Origin: Octopus vulgaris
Lineage: Eukaryota
Direction: 5' to 3'
Assembly (NCBI GenBank): GCA_951406725.2
Contig: OX597814.1
Location: 88,164,001-88,228,000, forward strand
Length of the DNA stretch: 64,000 bases
Each line of letters starts with the position of its first letter. Within the stretch, counting starts at the first letter, position 1. Position numbers and translations under genes: made by a program. Below the pieces are notes generated by a model, which made no database searches, was not told the DNA's origin, and saw only the letters and a list, made by a program, of their open reading frames with translations. Shown piece after piece: positions 27,621 through 38,887 of the stretch.

Positions 27621-28117
27621 CCTGTGTCCATGTTCTTCAAAGTTGATTTTGTCACTTAGTCTAATAATAAACAAATAAATGAAGGCGGCTAATTTGCAAT
27701 ATTAGGGGGAAATTTCAGAGGATACTATCATCAGGTTTCCGTTTATTTTGGGCAAATGTTTAAACAGCTGGGAAATTTATCGGAAGACTACTGTTTTCTC
27801 ACAACTGTCAGCTGACGACAATTTTTGTAGTTGATATTGTGTAATATTTCTGTGGCTGTTTTCTATAGCCTTTTGATGAAGTTTGGTACTTTACCTTCGA
27901 GCACGTTCCCAGCAAAAATGAAAACATATCTCTCTCATGTCCTTTCGAGCAAGTGGAATTTACGCAAAGTAGAAAGAGTGAAGCCTTTTTAATTATTTAG
28001 ATCTAGTGACACTAACTTGAGTCACTTATTTGCTTTAGGCGTCGAAGGAGCGCGTAACAATTTACTCTTCAAAGTAGTTTTGCTTCCTTTCGAAAAAGTT
28101 CCCCTGCCTCAGTTATC

Positions 28118-28210
<93 letters not shown>

Positions 28211-28493
28211 CATATAAATACATATTTAAATAAAAACATTTTTAAAACATAGAAATATTAATATTTCTAAGTCTCTCTAAAGGAGACTCCGGCAGCGGTA
28301 CTGGATATTAATAGTTATCGCCAAGCTAATATGTCAGTCCAGAACTATAGGACGAATGCTGCCGTTGATTAGCTCCAAGAGGCCATCGCCTCTAGCTAGC
28401 TATGTGACACACGAACCTGTGTCCTTTATAACCTTCGAACATGGGATGACAGTCGCTTTCCCTTGCTGGTCAGGCAAAACAAAAATAAAAATA

Positions 28494-28755
28494 AAAATTA
28501 TTAATTGTATAGAAAAAATCTTTGAAAAAAATTGATTGTCATGAACTTTTTAGAAGGATATTTTTGTATAGTGTTCGAGGGCTTTCCTTGTTAAGTCTTT
28601 CACACACGCACCATGGGGTAATCCGTATGATGGTTACCCCATAACACGGGTGCTTGAAAAGCATAACAACAAAAGCGCTTATACACTATACGAAAACTTC
28701 CTTTCAAAAGATTTCTGGCCTATTTTTTAGATTGCCTTATATAATTAATAATTTT
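28494..28755. mobile_element. Degenerate palindromic element related to 35891-36374
   Basis: AAAATTATTAATTGTATA / TATATAATTAATAATTTT ends, central ATGGGGTAA..TTACCCCAT hairpin, shared AAGGA.ATTT(T)TGTATAGTGTT..TTTCCTTGTT motif. Confidence 0.6.
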
Positions 28756-29200
28756 ATTTAAGAAACTATTCCTTGAAATATTTTGAGTGCATCAAGTGTC
28801 ATTTAGAAAAACACGAAATATAACTCTGTGTGTGTGAGTGTGTGTGTGTGTAAGTATATATCTGCCTATCTATCTGTCTGTCTCTCTACCTAACTACCTA
28901 TTTACCTGTTTAGCTATTTATCTTTCTATCTTCCAATCTACTTATCTACCTGTCTATCTATCTGTTTGAGTATGTGTGTATTTCACCACACACACACACA
29001 CGCGCGCACATACACACACACACACACACACGCGCGCGCGTGAAATATAATCATGTATAATTCTTTTAGCAATTTTGAACTCGCGAATCTACAACAACCA
29101 ACAAGCTATTGGCTCATGGAATTCATTCGCTTCAGCGCTACACATTCAAAGAAGCTGTGATGGAATCTAGTCATTTATGTCTATTGCTAGTAAGCCGGAA

Positions 29201-29430
29201 GGCGGCGAGCTGGCAGAAACGTTTGCGCGCCGGGCGAAATGCTTAGCAGTATTTCGTCTGTCGTTACGTTCTGAGTTCAAATTCCGCTGAGGTCTACTTT
29301 GCCTTTCATCGTTTCGGGGTCGATAAATAAAGTACCAGTTTCGCACCGGGGTCGATGTAAGCGACTTAATCCGTGTGTCTGTCCTTGTTTGTCCTCTCTG
29401 TGTGTAGCCCCTTGTGAGTAGTAAAGAAAT
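29201..29430 (+). mobile_element. Family A SINE, full length with 16-bp TSD
   Basis: TATTGCTAGTAAGCCG on both sides (about 29182 and 29432). Confidence 0.9.
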
Positions 29431-29806
29431 ATATTGCTAGTAAGCCGTCATCGATAATGGACGGTTAAAAGATAAGATCTATTTCGTTTCAATACCTCCA
29501 CAAAGTCTGGCCGACACACTCAGTAGAGCTCTTACATATTTAATGATAACTAAAGGATGATTCATGCTAGCTAGCATTCTGCTACTTTCATGGTTATAGT
29601 CTGCTTGAAGATGCCCCTTGTGTTGGTGTTAAACATACAAGGGAGGGCAATGTTTTTGATTTAGCGACAATTGTAAAAGCCTTAATGAATGCTAGCATTC
29701 TTCACAGATAATCGATGCAAGCATGACATACATTTTATTGTCTTATATCTATGTACGTATGTAATATTAGATGAATAGTGGTATGTATGCATGCAGATAC
29801 TATGTT

Positions 29807-29841
<35 letters not shown>

Positions 29842-29911
29842 TTGGATGGATGGATGGACGGTTGAATGGTTGTAAGCATGAATTATGAATATGTCTGAAA
29901 GATATAGATAT

Positions 29912-29945
<34 letters not shown>

Positions 29946-30078
29946 AGACACACACACACGCTTACGCGCGCGCGCACACACATATATGTGATATTTGTGT
30001 GTGTATATATACATATATATATATATATGTATATATATATGTATATATATACATACATATATATACACATATACATAT

Positions 30079-30115
<37 letters not shown>

Positions 30116-30129
30116 AATATATATACACT

Positions 30130-30720
30130 TTCCCTCATCTTTTACCTCACTCTGTCCCTTTCCTTTCTTTTTCCTCTTTCTCGTCCCTCCCTAATTCTTC
30201 AATCCCTCTATCCCCAACCTCTCTCTTCTCCTGACTGGTTTTCCGCCAAGCCTGACCTTTCTTTCTTGGTTCGATTACCAGCCGTGTAGCATCTTTTGTA
30301 TTCTGTCCCATGACTTTTATCTCTTATGTTCCTGCCGTAAGGCTTAACTTCCACACACGCCAACTTAAATATAATTTGTCCTTAGTCGAAAGACACCTGT
30401 TGTTAATGTCCTGTTGTTTGTATTTGTAATTGTGTACCATTTCACCGGTTTTTTTTGTCGTCCTTGTTTTCGTATATATTCACTTACTTTATTCCAAGGA
30501 GTCTAGTGCTCTTAGCTTAGTTTTTCTTGGGGCCGGCCAGATTGGAGCAGTCTCGAGTGTAACCGGCCGAAACTGCAACGACGATCTGGAACTCGACAGA
30601 AGATAGAAAGCTCCGAATTACCTGTCCTTGTTTTTTCCTGTCCTTTTTTGTATCGTCTAGCTGTCTGGATGTTTTGTTGTCGCCTGTTGCGTTCTTGTTC
30701 CATTTTTTGTTTGTTTTCTT
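30130..30720 (+). repeat. Unclassified non-coding interspersed repeat between microsatellites (partial minus-strand homologue at about 33660-33800)
   Basis: GCCGAAA.T..A.GA.GATC.GG...TTGTATCGTCT similarity between the two sites. Confidence 0.5.
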
Positions 30721-30790
<70 letters not shown>

Positions 30791-31566
30791 CACACTACCA
30801 ATGGAAGAAGTGTAAAACATAGTAGTATGTGTTATATAGGGTGCAAACATTGTCTAATACAGGACTCTGTACTTGCAGCTGTGATAAGCCGCCAAGCACG
30901 CGCACACCATGTTTTCAAAAAAAAAAATCCGGACTATGTAGTACTATCGCAACATTCTAACTACCTGTAACACCGCCTGTGGAGAAGATTACACCAGTGA
31001 AAGCCTGGTGCCAAATGATGCTTCTGGATTTGGTGGATCCTATTGCGAGTGCACCATAGCTAATAGAGTCGACAGGAGGGAAATGGAAGATGAGAAAAGC
31101 TGTTGAAGTGGGAGCGATTACTCGCCCTGGAAATGAAAGAGGTGTAGGTATAGTGCAAAATACTGGGATACGACTTGATTAAATAGGGAACAAATTGATA
31201 CACTAATAGAATAAGAATAGCAAGCGAGATATTGAGATCAAAACATTTCATCATACTGACGATGAGTGAGTTCGACTTAGGCAGAAGGGTTGTCAATGCG
31301 TATGCGCAGAGTTTGCGATAGCTGAAAGTTGTAAGCTGTCACAATATGCTATGTAAAATGGAACCAGTCAACTTGTGATTGTTATTGAGAGGAGCGTAAT
31401 ATGTATTCCCACCCCCGGCTAATATTAGATAGTTGGTTGGAGTGACATTAATGCGTGTCATTAATACGGAAGTCATGCATCCTTGAAACATGTTCTAGAA
31501 ACATCTCAGTCATCCCTTATTGAATATTCATGGCAGCGTAACCAGGTTTTGAACATCTTGCTGATG

Positions 31567-32861
31567 TACGAGGGACGTTCAATAAGTAATGTCTCTGACC
31601 CACTTGCAGTTGTTTGATCTAGCTGAAATTTTGCATGTGCAATTATTTATATCTCTATAGAGTAAGTGGCAAATTACAGCTCTGAATTAATTGTGGTGTC
31701 TGATCTACAGGTGTTTGAACCGAGTCAAGTGTGAAATGGAGCCTGTTGAGTGTCGAGCAGTGATCCGGTTTTTGTATTTGAAAGGACGCACACCACGGGA
31801 GACATTTGATGAAATGAAAGTAACTTATGATGATGATGCCCCATCATATGACCTTATAAAACGCTGGCATCGTGAATTCAAACATGGTCGGAACTCTGTG
31901 GAAACAGCTCCCAGATCTGGTCGCCCCTTTCTGCCATTGATGAGGCATCTGTCCGTCAAGTTGAGGCTGCCATTTTCGAAGATCGACGCATAACTATTCG
32001 CCAAATAGCCTATGAGGTCAAGATTAGTACCGGGTCTGTGGAAACTATCATTCATGACCATTTGCATATGCAAAAGATGTCTGCCAGATGGATTCCCAGG
32101 TTGCTCACGCCTTTCCAGAAGCAAGAACGCGTCGAGTGCTCGAGGGTGAATTTGGAGATGTGCCAAGAAGATGAGTCAAAATTTTTCAAAAGACTGATTA
32201 CACAGGATGAAACCTGGGTCCATCACGATGATCCAGAGACCAAAGCCCAGTCAATGCAGTGGAAGCACCGTGACTCACCCCCTCCAAAGAAGGCAAGGGT
32301 GCAGCCCTCCGCTGGCAAGGTCATGCTCACAGTCTTCTGGGACCAGGACGGAGTAGTGATGACAGATTTTCTGGCAAAGGGTACCACAATTGCAGGAGCC
32401 TATTATGCTTCACTTTTGAGGAAATTAAGAGAAGCTATAAAAATCAAGAGGCGGGGCAAGATCAGCAAAGGCATCCTCCTCCTGCAGGACAACGCTCCGG
32501 TCCACAACTCGCTTGTCGCCAGATCAGAAGCACAGGCGTATGGCTATGAACTCCTCCCCATCCCCCCTACTCTCCTGACCTTGCACCCTCTGATTTTCAC
32601 CTCTTCCCAATCATGAAGTTGTTTTTGAAAGGAAAGCGTTTCCCAGATGATGCAGCCTTGATTTCTGAAGTCACGTTGAGGTTGGAGGACCAAGCTGGGT
32701 TCTTCTACAAAAACGGTCTCCAGAGCCGCATCAAACGATGGGAGAAATGCGTAACTCTGAGTGGTTCCTATGTTGAAAAAGACTAATAACTGTGCCAAGT
32801 TTCCTTGCTCTACTGCTATGGGAAGTGGGTCAGGGGCATTACTTATTGAACGCCCCTCGTA
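31567..32861 (+). mobile_element. Full-length mariner (DD34D) transposon
   Basis: About 40 bp TIRs TACGAGGGACGTTCAATAAGTAATGTCTCTGACCCACTT / AAGTGGGTCAGGGGCATTACTTATTGAACGCCCCTCGTA, TA ends, about 1.3 kb. Confidence 0.95.
31736..32786 (+). pseudogene. Mariner transposase with two frameshifts
   Basis: MEPVECRAVIRFLYLKG, WIPRLL, ITQDETWVHH, LLQDNAPVH, PYSPDLAPSDF, WEKCVTLSGSYVEKD*; frameshifts near 31930 and 32560. Confidence 0.9.
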
Positions 32862-33593
32862 TATAAGCAATAATGTAGCAGGGTCGGTGCAATGAAGATC
32901 GACAAAAAGTTGCACCTTGGTGCTTCCCACCTTAGCATGATGTCAGTGTCAAATACGTGCAAATAGGTCTGAAGAAAGTGCTAAGTCATAGTACAGCAGC
33001 TTTGCAAAACTCCGATCTTACGGCATGCTCTAACTTTGTCACACTTTTGGAAGGTAATATCAGCTGGGGAAGCATACAATGAAGCACGGTGTTTACAGTT
33101 CAGGAGGGAAGTAGTGGCTTTGTGATAAGATCAACAATGTCCTACCTAGCCGGCTTTAAACTTAAAAGAGGATAACATGGATTGGCGTGCTTGAGCATTG
33201 TAATTTGTGAAAACAGATGTCCATGTAAACATGAAATTTCAGGCATAAAAAATTCTTACTCAGAAAAGCTTTCAGATTTTCACTTTTCAAAAGCAAGTCT
33301 TCGTCAAAAAGCAAATATTAGAGAAAGAAATGCTGTTTAATATTCGATATTCAAATAATTCAGCTAACGAAATTATACAATACGAAAACAAGTTCTTCAC
33401 AAATAATATAACTTAATCCCCAGTAAAAGTAAACTAACTAAATATAAGGTGTATTATATGGACGAAATGTATTCTGGTTATAGAAATAAAACATGTCTAA
33501 AACAAACTTTTTAAAATAATGCAATATGAAATACCCAAACGTAAACTATCGTTAGTATTTACAAAAACAAAGAAAAAGATATTACAGCGCAGT

Positions 33594-33663
<70 letters not shown>

Positions 33664-33792
33664 GATATGTAAAAAAATACAAACTGTGACAATAACGTAT
33701 AACACTTAGAAGACGATACAACAAACACAGACAGGACATTCGAAGCCCTCAGTCTTCAGTCAAGAACCGGATCATCGTAGTAATTTCGGCTG

Positions 33793-33845
<53 letters not shown>

Positions 33846-33959
33846 CATAAAACAAAATTCGATAGGAAAATATTGCCGACAACGCAACTAAGCAGAATAC
33901 GAACAATAACTATATGATCTGATTAGTTATGATGGTTGGCAAAAATCAGCAAATAGATA

Positions 33960-34830
33960 GCACTCTGGTAAACTAGAAGTTTATTTTCAGTTTGGCCGTC
34001 CTCCCAGACGCTGCTTCAATGATTTTACGCGAGCACATCGTCCATCACGCTCCCCACCCCTTATGCATGTTCTTAACTCGTCAACATTTGCCATTCCACT
34101 GTCCTGAAGCAAATTGTCCACATAGGTTAGACGTTTTCTTCTCCTGTTGCTTCTTCCTTCAACTTACTGCCATGAGACCAGTTGATATTCAGGTTCTTCT
34201 GACACTATGGTTAGCAATTTTCATTCTTCTCTGTTGCCTTTTCTCAGCCACTTTGGGTAGATCTTGATGTTGTTGCTCGTTGGCTAAATGAGCTCTCCAT
34301 GTAACATTCAGAGTAATTCTTAACAATCTTGTGTGGCAGCTGTCTATTTGTTTTTCAAGCTTTTTGAAATTGATTCTACCGTAGAGACGAACAACCAAAT
34401 TTTCAATTTACTTGCCATCTTAGAACTCCAGATTTTATGTAGTTTGTGACACACATTCCAAGCGAGTACCTTCCAGACAGCAAAGTCCTTTTCACTACTT
34501 TCCATTCAAGCACCAATATTAGTAACTTCCTCAACTTCTTTTCATGCAAAGAGGGGATTTGGTAGCTCAGGATCTTGATCGAATGTCTGATTTGCAGTCT
34601 TATCTGAGTTACAGTACAGGACAATCTTTGCAGCTTCAAGTTCTACTCTGTTGAGCACTTCCTGAGTCCGATGTATTTCTTCAGAGATAAAAACAATATC
34701 GTCTGCAAAGTCTAGATCTGTAAGTATCTTTGCTGTAACTCGTCTACTTATTCGTCTTTCCAACTTAAACACTGTTCTGACTCTTTTTCTTGTAAGGCCT
34801 TGCGCACCGCGTACCAGAACGAACATACGG
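33960..34830 (-). mobile_element. RTE-clade LINE 3' fragment
   Basis: LTDLDFADDIVFISEE; IDSCHTRLLRITLNVTWRAHLANE; decayed. Confidence 0.75.
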
Positions 34831-35217
34831 TTCAGAAACTATGTGGCAGCGCTCGATTAACCATTAAGCAAAGTAAGCACATGGTTAGGGTTTCAAGGGA
34901 AGTGGGCGGGGCACCACAGAAATAGTGAAACTGTTTGCGGTACGAACGAAATCACTTTAAACTTGCTAAAATCATATTCAAAGTGGTTTATATGGTCGGA
35001 AATATAATTTCAAAGTGATCATGGTGTCATTGAGAGGATCTTATCAAAGACTTTGTAATTAAAAAAAGGTGGAGAAGACTTTTCAAACTTAAATAAAGTG
35101 GAAGTATACAAAAATAAAGATTATTTTCCATCTTACTGTTAGTTTTATTTCATTTTCATAAATAAAAATTTATTTTATGGTTTATTATTGTTTATATTTT
35201 GAATTATATATATATAT

Positions 35218-35337
<120 letters not shown>

Positions 35338-35374
35338 TTGTAAATATAATATATGACAATTATTCGGTAGCTTT

Positions 35375-35435
35375 GATAAAACTCCGAGTTTCGAATGTCG
35401 GGGCGGAAACCCGCGCCGGCATCTCTTCAGTTATC
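35375..35435 (-). ncRNA. Type I hammerhead ribozyme (P1 left arm)
   Basis: Reverse complement GATAA-CTGAAGA-GATGCCGG(CGCGGGTTTCCGCC)CCGACATTC-GAAA-CTCGGAG-TT-TTATC; stem I GATAA/TTATC, stem III ACT/AGT, GUU cleavage triplet. Confidence 0.7.
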
Positions 35436-35767
35436 GGGCCATCGAAAAAAATGCTACGAAAATGACCGTTAAAACAAAGGGAAATTACTGTGTGATTGAC
35501 CGTTATTAAGACAAAAGAGTTATTAGAATAACCGCTAAGTAAGGGTAGGGAGTAAAGGTAAGGCAATAAAAATGTTCATAGTAGTCGCGTATGCGCGCAT
35601 ATCCGTGGTCATTCTAATACCTCTTTTGTTTTAATAACGGTCAATCACACAGTAATTTCCCTTTGTTTTAACGGTCACTTTCATAACATATTTTTCGATG
35701 GCCCGATAACTGAATAGATGAATAGATGCCGGCGTGGGTTTCCACCCCGACATCCGAAAGTCCGAGT

Positions 35768-35769
<2 letters not shown>
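35375..35769. mobile_element. Palindromic hammerhead-bearing element P1
   Basis: Arms about 35377-35535 and 35605-35769 are inverted copies with a spacer of about 70 bp; flanked by (TA)n and (CA)n. Confidence 0.8.
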
Positions 35770-35857
<88 letters not shown>

Positions 35858-35890
35858 AGGATGAAAAGGAACACACGAGTTGATATATAT

Positions 35891-36370
35891 GAAAAAATAA
35901 GTCAAAATAGAAAATGCTAAAATAATTTTATAAAGAACATTTCAGTACCGGTTTCGGTCATTTTGAGACCTTTTCAACTGTAACGATTAAATAATTAAAT
36001 TTAGAAAAATTAAAATAAATGTTTTTTTAAAGGAATATTTGTATAGTGTTCAAATATAAGTGGCATTTTCCTTGTTTATGCCTTGCTCTGTCTCTCTTGT
36101 TCACACTTGTTCGAGGTCGTTGATTCACAACGATTCACAACGACCTCGAACCCACAAGTGTGAACAAGAGAGACAGAGCAAGGCAGAAACAAGGAAAATG
36201 CCACTTATATTTGAACACTATACAAATATTCCTTTAAAAAAAACATTTCTTTTAATTTTTCTAAATTTAATTATTTAATCGTTACAGTTGAAAAGGTCTC
36301 AAAATGACTGAAACCGGTACTGAAATGTTCTTTATAAAATTATTTTAGCATTTCCTATTTTGACTTATTT

Positions 36371-36374
<4 letters not shown>
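35891..36374. mobile_element. Near-perfect palindromic element P2 (about 235 bp arms, about 15 nt loop)
   Basis: GAAAAAATAAGTCAAAATAG... / ...CTATTTTGACTTATTTTTTC; few mismatches; centre about 36132; flanked by TA repeats. Confidence 0.85.
36282..36325 (+). ncRNA. Minimal hammerhead ribozyme, U3-A8 core variant (mirror copy on minus strand at 35941-35983)
   Basis: CAG-TTGAAAA-GGTC-TCAAAAT-GAC(T/C)-GAAA-CCGG-TA-CTG; stem I CAG/CTG, stem II GGTC/GACC, palindromic stem III ACCGGT, GUA triplet. Confidence 0.6.
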
Positions 36375-36428
<54 letters not shown>

Positions 36429-36429
36429 T

Positions 36430-36626
36430 CTTTACTCTTTTACTCTTTTAATTGTTTCAGTCATTTGACTGCGGCCATGCTGGAGCACCGCCTTTAGTCG
36501 AGCAAATCGACCCCAGGACTTATTCTTTGTAAGCCCAGTACTTATTCTATCGGTCTCTTTTGCCGAACCACTAAGTGACGGGGACGTAAACACACCAGCA
36601 TCGGTTGTCAAGCAATGCTAGGGGGA

Positions 36627-36706
<80 letters not shown>

Positions 36707-36871
36707 TACGACAGGCTTCTTTCAGTTTCCGTCTACCAAATCCACTCACAAGGCATTGGTCGGCCCGGGGCTATAGCAGAAGACACTTGCCCAAGATACC
36801 ACGCAGTGGGACTGAACCCGGAACCATGTGGTTGGTTAGCAAGCTACTTACCACACAGCCACTCCTGCGCC
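36430..36871 (-). mobile_element. Family B SINE, full composite with internal microsatellite
   Basis: Minus-strand head GGCGCAGGAGTGGCTGTGTGGTAAG, TTGGGCAAGTGTCTT core, internal (TA)/(TG) tract, (GTAAAAGA)n tail. Confidence 0.85.
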
Positions 36872-36879
36872 TATATATA

Positions 36880-37090
36880 TATATTGTTAATCCAAACATG
36901 AACAAAAAGAAAACACAACGACGCGAGGACGTGGAATAAGTAGTGTTATTGGACGCTCAGTAAAGGAGAGAACGAAGGAGGATTTCACGTTTCGAGCGGA
37001 GCTCTTCATCAGAAATGTAGAGAAAGTCCAAAGAAGGGAAGATGGAGACAGAAAATCGCCAACAATACACACGCGGTCACCGCCCCCATA
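36880..37090 (-). mobile_element. Short hammerhead-bearing element in (TA)n (family shared with 44075-44310)
   Basis: GTTAATCCAAACA.GAA...ACGCGA.GACGTGGAA shared; minus-strand ATTT-CTGATGA-A-GAGC-TCC-GCTC-GAAA-CG-TG-AAAT at 36982-37016. Confidence 0.7.
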
Positions 37091-37104
37091 TATATATACA
37101 TATA

Positions 37105-37193
<89 letters not shown>

Positions 37194-37230
37194 GAATGGA
37201 GTTGAACGACGAATTAACAAAATTCCTTTA

Positions 37231-37313
37231 TTTTCGACATATGTTTCGAAGGCTGCATATTCCTAATTGCGAAGGAATAAGGAGTATATTATGCCGCTTT
37301 CTCATCAGGAAAA
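37231..37313 (-). ncRNA. Type I hammerhead ribozyme (P3 left arm, mirror copy)
   Basis: Reverse complement of the 37568-37650 motif with an intact core. Confidence 0.75.
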
Positions 37314-37450
37314 GCAAGGAACTTATGTCAACATCAAGATGCACAAAAAACTTTTAGATGACTGCTCAAACGGAGCCCATAGTGAAAATGAGTGTCGTTT
37401 GAACCCTTGAACCTTTAGAACCTTCTAGATTCTTCTACATCCAACCATTT

Positions 37451-37469
37451 TGACGTCACTCCTTATAAA
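37451..37469 (+). promoter_or_regulatory. CRE (TGACGTCA) plus TATAAA in the P3 spacer, putative Pol II promoter
   Basis: TGACGTCA at 37451-37458 and TATAAA at 37464-37469, just upstream of the right arm. Confidence 0.4.
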
Positions 37470-37567
37470 GGAATTTTTTAAAGAGATACTCATTTTCGCT
37501 ATGGGCTCCGTGTGAGCAGTCATCTAAAAGTTTTTTGTGCATCTTCATGTTGACATAAGTTCCTTGC

Positions 37568-37650
37568 TTTTCCTGATGAGAAAGCGGCATAATATACTCC
37601 TTATTCCTTCGCAATTAGGAATATACAGCCTTCGAAACATATGTCGAAAA
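37568..37650 (+). ncRNA. Type I hammerhead ribozyme (P3 right arm)
   Basis: TTTTC-CTGATGA(37573-79)-G AAAGCGGC...ACAGCCTT C-GAAA(37634-37)-CATAT-GTC(37643-45)-GAAAA; stem I extends as TTCCTT/AAGGAA beyond an internal loop; palindromic stem III ACATATGT. Confidence 0.8.
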
Positions 37651-37830
37651 TAAAGGAATTTTGTTAATTCGTCGTTCAACTCCATTCTTTCATATATTTA
37701 TATTTAAAAAAAAACATACAAATTTCCACACGAAAGCACGTAACTTCAAACGTGTCTTCTTTGATGTGAATTTGCTACCCAGGTATCGATTAACCGAATT
37801 ATCCATAACAAGATAATTCATTCAACTACT

Positions 37831-38340
<510 letters not shown>

Positions 38341-38887
38341 CATGTATGTATTTTAGCACCAAAATATTTTGAGTTCTTAGGACCTCTAAGGGTCTTAATC
38401 TGCTGCATTTCGGCTTTCGCTTTCATGTTTTGTTTTTAATAACTGAGAGAGAAGGAGAGAGGGAAAGAGGAAGAGGGAAATTATTCAGGACTTTTAAGAC
38501 CTGTTGCATATTTTCCTGCTGGTTACTGTGCTGCCAGTGAGGTGGTAAACTGTTAAGAAACTCGGCACTTGCTTAAGGGCTTGCCGAGCACTCACCAATT
38601 TTGTTGGATCCATAAAGAACCCACTTTTCTTCTTGTTTTTTTTCCGGTGTCGAGAGACACGATTTGAACTTGGAATGCACAAAGTCACAACGGATATCGG
38701 AAGAGATCCCGTCCGATATTCTAACAATTCCATCAATCCACCGCCTGGACTGGTAATTTATTTATCGACCACGAAAGGGTGAAAGGCAAAGTTGACCTAT
38801 GTCGGATTTAAACTCATACTGTAAGGCTTCTAACCAAAGTTCTATAATCTCTGCTAATTCACTGTTTTAATAAGGGGTTATTCATTG

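Larger units (their letters stand above)
37185..37696. mobile_element. Palindromic hammerhead-bearing element P3
   Basis: Arms about 37185-37400 and 37480-37696 are near-identical inverted copies with a spacer of about 79 bp; left end in a long (TA)n. Confidence 0.85.

Noticed and set aside
30520-30585. Hammerhead in GGCCGG...CCGGCC-GAAAC
   Set aside because: A stem and GAAAC are present, but the upstream core reads CTTGGGG and no stem I is evident.
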